A stretch of DNA of 64,000 nt from Chrysomallon squamiferum. Taxonomy: Eukaryota; Animalia; Mollusca. Position numbers and translations under genes: made by a program. How positions within the stretch are numbered: the first letter of the stretch is position 1; every line of letters starts with the position of its first letter. The notes under the pieces are model-generated. The model made no database searches. It was not told the origin of the DNA and saw nothing but the letters and a program-made list of their open reading frames with translations. This document shows, piece by piece, positions 52,959 through 64,000 of the stretch. The stretch lies in NCBI GenBank assembly GCA_012295275.1, contig CM022667.1, forward strand, positions 9,114,001 through 9,178,000, read 5' to 3'.

Positions 52959-55900
52959 TCAAGTATTTAAAATTTCCGTCACTTTTTTATTCAACCAGTC
53001 TTCGTATGGCTGACCAGACCGGTCATTCCCGAGTGACCGGAGGTAACTTCGCAGAGCCCCGACGTTCTCTCTGTTTATTGATATGAGATTGTCCTGTGTG
53101 TTTATTGCCGGCAGCCGATCTCTTTGAGATGTCGTCTGCTGTTTTTTGTCAATTTCTTTTTGCGCTAACCACGCCTCGTATGTGTTTGACCTCTCTAGTT
53201 CATCCTGTTTCCTGTAACATAACAACAATATTATTAAAATAAAAAGTCTTAAATATTTTGTATTGGAGAAAAGTCCAAAAAAAAAATGCTATTGTTTATC
53301 TGTTCTTAATGCCACTCTTTACTAATAACAAAGTATAATAAAACAACAAACTAAAGGAGAAGAATTACTGGCTAATGGTTAAAACATACACACACTGCCT
53401 GTAATATGAATGCACCCACCAAAAATAATTACAACGTAAATTTAATTCACACTAAAATAACCATACATTAGTGATCACAGCTATAATAATATTATAACAG
53501 TGGAATAATGCTGTTTCAGAAGTAAATCGTAATATGCCAAAGATTAACTTGTTTGTTTATATACTTTATCCAGTGTACAATATATTGGCAGCCTCCAGGA
53601 ATATTTTATGTTTTGATATTAATTACTGTCGAGTCTCATCATTTTATTTTTGTTGTTTTGTTGCATTATATTGATGTGTTGTAACAAAGAGGTTTATGTT
53701 TTTAAAATGGTTATGTTTTAAGGATTGTAAATTTGTAAAACGTAAACTTTTAGAAAATGTTGTTCAATATAACAATGGCATCTTTTTATTTGTTTTTCAT
53801 TAAAGCAATAATGATGATGATGATGATGATGATGATGACAATAATGATGATGATGATGATAATGATGATTAGATGATTAGAACAGGAAGAACACAAATGT
53901 CGTACTTTTCTTCTTCCTCCAGTTTTTCCTTCTTCTTTTCTTTCTTTTTACTTTCTATAAATTTTCTCTCCCTGTTTTTGATTTTAGACAGCCATTCATC
54001 GTGTGTGGGTGGTCGACTGCTTTCAGATGATCTGCAAGTAATTAAAGTTTAAAGTCATTAAAAAAAACAATAAAACATAAATAGATAAAATAAAAAAAAA
54101 TAAAAAAAGTAAACTAAAAAAATAAACTGAATAATAACAATTATAATATTTTATTTTATTAGGAATTTTATAATACTTTATTTTATTAGGATTTTTTTCT
54201 TTGATCATTTATTTTTACTGTTAATTTGTAGAGGTACATTCATATATGTATACATATATATATACAAACAGTCCCCACATACATACAGTGATGAAAAAAA
54301 AAAATTACCTGACACAAACCAATGGAACAGTTTCCGATTCTGGAAAAAAAAAAAAAAAAAAAAAAAATTAAATCAATAAATAGTTTTTAATTATGATAAT
54401 ATAAAATTGTTAAACATGTATAACAACCTTGACCTATGACCTAATCTGTGTCTTTCTATTTGTTTTTTTTTCAGGTTTTTTTAGTTTTTTTGTTCAACCC
54501 TTCTCTTTTGGTGCATATAAATAATAAAACTGTTAGTGTTTATAAACTCTTGTGATTAATTCTTTTTTAACAAACGATTTGAACATAATTCACAATTTTA
54601 TTAAATCCTGATGACCTTCACCTTTGACCTAGTGGCAATATAACTTTATATAAATATCTACAACAAGTATTGATAACATATCCTATGATTCTGATCTAAA
54701 TTTTTGTTTTTGTGTGTGTAGAAATACTTATGTTCCATTCTTTACTCTTGTTTGTTTAAGCAATTTATGCACTCACCTTGACCCTTAACCTAATGTCACA
54801 ATTATGTAAGTAAAATATTTTCATTATCTTGACACAATAATATAGACATACATATATTAAATACATATCTATCTAGTTATATATAAGTTGCTTTTTTTCT
54901 TCTTTTTTTTCAATATTAGTATAAACGTATGTTCTGACCTTGACCTATGACCTTTACAGTTTAATATAAAATACCTCCAGCTGTTTCTTTGAGTTCCTTT
55001 GTCTCAGTGAGGCCTTCTTTCTCTTCCATCTCCTTCAGCTTGCGCAGCTGCTCCCGTTTTATTGCCCCCTGTGGATCGCTGTGTTTCGGGGAGCTGAAAT
55101 CTGTACTCTGAAACTCCTGTGGGGGTAGAATTTTGGTGAAGTAAAGCTGTGCCTTACTGCCTTTCAGCCACAGCGGGAATTTCGAGTCCTTGTACTGGTG
55201 CGCTTTGAGAGGTATATCTTGCGAGGGAACCACCTTGTTTGCCCGTTCCTGCCATCGGAACTGGAAAAGATGTCTCTCGCAGTTCTTGTGGTTGAACATG
55301 TTAGCGATAGACAAAGGTGAATGACCTTCAGCATCTTCTGCGTCAATATTAGCTCCTGGTTGTTTTTTTTTTTGCGTTTTTTTAAAAACAGAAAAAAATG
55401 TTAAAAATTGCTGTTGATACTTATTTTATTAGTACTAATAATACTAGGATAATTAGTTCAAATAATTCACAACTAGAAAATATGTAATATTCTCATAATA
55501 GTAGCATCCGTAATTCAGATAATTAAAAAGAAATTGAAAAATGTAACATTTTAATAGTAATAGTTACCACTATCAAATAATTAATGACAACAGAAAAATA
55601 GAAAAATGTCAAATTCTAATAATACTAATACCACTGGTTCAAATAATTAAAAACAAATAGAAAAATGAAATATTCTAATAATAATAACAGTATCACTGAT
55701 TCAGTTAATTAACAACAATCAGAAATAACGCAATATTCTGATAATAACAGTATCACTGATTCAGTTAATTAACAACACTCAGAAATAACACAATATTCTG
55801 ATAATACTAGTATCTCTTGTTCAGTTAACTGACAACAAACAGAGAAGAACACAGAGAAAACAAATGTAAACGTCACCTTTTGACAGCAACGCATCTATCA

Positions 55901-58425
55901 TGCTTCCCTTTCCCTGGGACGACGCAAGATGAAGAGCTGTCCGACCAAGCGGGGTGGTCGCATTAACATCGGCTTTTGCTGTCCAATTAAATCAGTGTGT
56001 TTATTCAGTTAATGACTAAAAACATTTGTATGTGTGTGCGTGTGTGTTCGTGTGCATGCATGTTTTAATAACTGTATCTAAAGATCCATAATTTTGCTCT
56101 CTGTGTGTGTGTGTTTTAATAACTGTAACTGAAGTTCTACAATGTGTGTGTACTTGATACCAAAGTAACCAGTACAACTGCAACAAGTGAAATAAACTAT
56201 ACATCTGAATTATAAAATTGAAGAATGAAAAGTTGCCTGAATGAGTCCATTATTTCCCGAGTTTAGTGGTCAACCTCCAACCACAAAATTGGTAAACAAA
56301 GTAAGAAAATGTGCATGCTATCACCAATAGTAAACAATTAAATAGCTATTTAAGACGGAGAATCAAACACATTTTGATGCAATATAAAATTTTAACGCAT
56401 GATAAAAATATAATTCTTTCTAGCATGCGTTAAGATGTCGCATCAAAATGTGTACATGTATTCATGATTTTCACACATACTGATTTTAAATTATACTACA
56501 TACAATAATTTAATCTCACATTACTTTTAATCGTGGTGCTCATAAGCATAATTACTCCGTTATATATCAGTATGTAAAGCACTGTTTTTCAACAATTTAA
56601 ATATTGATATGAATATTATTAATAACCTGAATCCACAAGGAATAAAAATAATTTAAATAACTAATTTTACCGGAGTCAGTAAGGACAGAAACCACTCACT
56701 GAGGTCCATACTGAATTAAGAGGATGTAGATAATTTTAATGACACTTACCCGAGTCAATGAGAATGGAAATCATTGCAGTGTGACCACGATGCGCTGCTA
56801 TCAGTAGGGCGACGTCTGCTCGTTTTTTGAACCACTGTTTGCGAGCTCGCTGCGACATGTACTGGGTGTTTGCTGTCTTGAACGTTGTGTCTTCTGTGAT
56901 ACCCAGACTAAACACCTGTCACAGTGAACAAAATAAACAGGTCAGTAAAATTAAACTTTCTTTCTCTCACTAGAAACCTGTCACAGTGAACAAAATAATA
57001 CAGGTCAGTAAAATTAAACTTTCTTTCTCTCACTAGAAACCTGTCACAGTGAACAAAATAAACAGGTCAGTAAAATTAAACTTTCTTTCTCTCACCAGAA
57101 ACCTGTCACAGTGAACAAAATAAACAGGTCAGTAAAATTAAACTTTCTTTCTCTCACTAGAAACCTGTCACAGTGAACAAAATAATACAGGTCAGTAAAA
57201 TTAAACTTTCTTTCTCTCACCAGAAACCTGTCACATTGAACAAAATAAACAGGTCAGTAAAATTAAACTTTCTTTCTCTCACCAGAAACCTGTCACAGTG
57301 AACAAAATAATACAGGTTAGTAAAATTAAACTTTCTTTCTCTAGTGTACAAAACTGGTCCATCAAAATCAAAATAACAATTCTTGATTAACTTAGATGTG
57401 TAGATAGATAATTTCTGTGATTTATTATGATAATTATAATCACACACACACAGACTTAAAAACTTTCGTCTGCCTCATTCCATATCAATTTGAAATGAGC
57501 ATCTGGTGTATTTATTGTGCATTTATTTTCCTGTTACTGGAAATAAAAAACAAATGAGTAGAATATTTAAAATTATTTTTGTTATTTTTACCCAGTCCAG
57601 GTCGTTAAAGACGACAGCTTCAACAAGCTCCACCCACTGATTCCAAATTCGCATCAGCAGAGTCCCACCAGCTACGATGTCGTTTGATTTGATGTCTGAG
57701 TCGTCTAGCAAATCTCCTGAAACACAAACAAAAAACATTCAGTAATTAAAACTTAATAAAGTATTTGTTAATTTTATATTTATATATATACACAAAAACA
57801 CTACATACACAAACACACACTCACACACACACTTTTATACATTTATACACATACTTACATTCATGCACACCTATACATACATACAGACATATGTAAATAT
57901 ATACAAATACATACACACAAATATATACACATACAAATATTAATAATAAGACAGTAATGCTATTACTCCTGCTTATAATAACAAAAACATAACCAGTAAA
58001 ATAATATTAAAAAGGAATTTAAAAAAAAAAAATAAAAAAATTTAAAAAAAGATGCAATTTAATAGAGACTAAGATAGTTTATAATTTTAAAAAAAAAAAA
58101 ATAATAAAAACTAAAATTACTAAAAAAAAAAAATAAATAAATAAAAAGGTAAAGTAAATAAAATAAAATCTAATAAAATAAAATAAAATAAAATAAATAA
58201 ATAAATAAACAAATCACCTTCATCAAGATAGCTGAGTCTTTGCAGATCAACTGGTATTCCTGTAATAAATTCCATGTAACCCTTCAGCTCAGAAATTTTC
58301 ATCTCATTGTATATTTTTTTCAGTGGAAACACTTCTTCTGTGGCTTCAATTTTCACACTGATTTTAAAGTAATTTCTGAACTTGTTAGCAGATGATGAAA
58401 GTCGAAGACTTTGTTTTGATGCCAT
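52959..58425 (-). CDS. ANKRD60: Ankyrin repeat domain-containing protein 60-like (N-terminal ubiquitin-like domain, ankyrin repeats, charged C-terminal extension), about 463 aa
   Basis: Exons 58425-58218, 57716-57592, 56915-56750, 55978-55877, 55355-54975, 54339-54309, 54031-53906 and 53211-52959 (TGA), all phase-consistent. GIPVDLQRLSYLDEG, WVELVEA, SLGITEDTTFKTAN, VALLIAAHRGH and TPLGRTALHLA match ANKRD60 motifs as I recall them. Confidence 0.88.
54425..54955. repeat. Four TGACCT-rich clusters at ~160-185 bp spacing (degenerate satellite-like element)
   Basis: ccttgacctatgacct ~54428, tgaccttcacctttgacct ~54612, caccttgacccttaacct ~54774, tgaccttgacctatgacctt ~54935. Confidence 0.65.
55420..55845. 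repeat. ~60-bp degenerate intronic tandem repeat
   Basis: Unit aatattctgataataacagtatcactgattcagttaattaacaacaatcagaaataac. Confidence 0.75.
56367..56453. repeat. Imperfect inverted repeat / hairpin in an ANKRD60 intron
   Basis: ACACATTTTGATGC...TTAACGCATG [loop] CATGCGTTAA...GCATCAAAATGTGT. Confidence 0.8.
56915..57341. repeat. 62-63-bp minisatellite, 7 copies, each containing the ANKRD60 exon-3 acceptor sequence
   Basis: Unit aaacctgtcacagtgaacaaaataaacaggtcagtaaaattaaactttctttctctcactag. Confidence 0.95.
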
Positions 58426-58494
58426 TGTCACTGTCTGTTAGATAATGATAGTAATCTGTTAATAACATTGACAGTTAATGAAAATTATACATAC

Positions 58495-58553
<59 letters not shown>

Positions 58554-59301
58554 TAATAATAAATATCTGCATTTACAGTCCTTTAATAAAACAGTAGATT
58601 ATATAAAACAGAATTTGATTTTAAATTGTTCAGTGAACAAGCAACTTCATAAAAACAGATGTATGAATATATTTAAATATTTGTGTAAGTGAATATGGAC
58701 TTGTGTGTTTTTTGTTTTTAAATAACTGTGTACATATAATTATATTAATAAATATATTAACTTTTGTATCTGCCATAACTCCATTTTATTATTTTCAAAA
58801 ATAAAATAATAAAAGTAATAACAATATTAACATGTAATATTAACATGTATTTGTTGATTTGAAATTTGCTACATGCAAAACAGTAGATTAAATACAACCA
58901 TATTATCACATATAGAATGCATTAAAACGATCTAATTTAAATTAGCGAGACAATATTATTAATGTTATATGTACAATAAATAAATAAATATTGTATAAAT
59001 GTAGATATAAGGCGTTAATTAAATTCCTGTGTCACCTTTTGATCGCTAAAGATTAATCAATTCAGAAGAGATATATTGCATTTTATAGCCTACGTAATCT
59101 CCATAACATCTCATTAGATAAATCATAATTTTGAAAAATAATGAGAACAATAAGCATTTTCAGAATTGTAATATTTCATGATTGCGTATTCCTCCATATT
59201 GTTTACTTGGAGCACCATAGTTTCCTAGTCCGCAGAAAATAACTGATGCAAATTACATAAAACACTAATTGAGACAGAAATTTGGAACAGAATACAAAAA
59301 A

Positions 59302-59332
<31 letters not shown>

Positions 59333-59405
59333 TCACACTGTATAATGTATATTATTTTGATTTGTTATTGTTTTTGTTTTTTAAATAAATAACATAAAAT
59401 AAACG

Positions 59406-59438
<33 letters not shown>

Positions 59439-59616
59439 TAAAAAGTAATAATACAACTTAATTTAAAATAGTTTGTGTACTGCAAAAATATTATGAACCG
59501 TATTATATTTTTCTTATTTTAATAACTGACTGTCATGCTTTGTGCGGAACTGCTAAAGGTCTATTCCCGGATGTGACTTTGAAGGAATCGGACCAAAGTC
59601 ACATTTGTAAACGAAC
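58426..59616. promoter_or_regulatory. Head-to-head (putative bidirectional) promoter region between ANKRD60-like and NDUFV2
   Basis: The divergent ATGs are ~1.2 kb apart and CpG is retained locally. A possible ANKRD60 5'UTR donor (AAG|GTGACA) lies at ~59035. Confidence 0.55.

Positions 59617-64000
<4,384 letters not shown>

Overview
This is AT-rich, microsatellite-laden, intron-rich animal genomic DNA, probably from a mollusc or other lophotrochozoan (an inference from composition and repeats). Almost every ORF in the supplied track is microsatellite noise. I reconstructed five spliced genes by hand from GT-AG junctions and reading-frame phase: (1) the last 5 exons of a divergent IP3-receptor/ryanodine-receptor-family channel (+, 1714-4939) with a long Pro/Ser-rich tail; (2) a single-pass membrane protein with a truncated LDLa module and two PPxY motifs (-, 17319-19547); (3) a 41-exon MROH1 orthologue (-, 26795-50309) with a candidate U12-type intron and two frame-breaking lesions; (4) an ANKRD60-like ubiquitin-like/ankyrin gene with an extended charged C-terminus (-, 52959-58425); (5) NDUFV2 (+, 59617 to the window end), head-to-head with ANKRD60. 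Non-coding points of interest are a four-times repeated CRE+Sox composite module, an RFX/NF-Y/Fox cluster with no obvious gene, a minisatellite made of tandem copies of a 3' splice site, TGACCT arrays, two hairpins and an RTE-like LINE fragment. I found no CRISPR array, tRNA or rRNA. No wholly new biological system can be demonstrated from the sequence alone.
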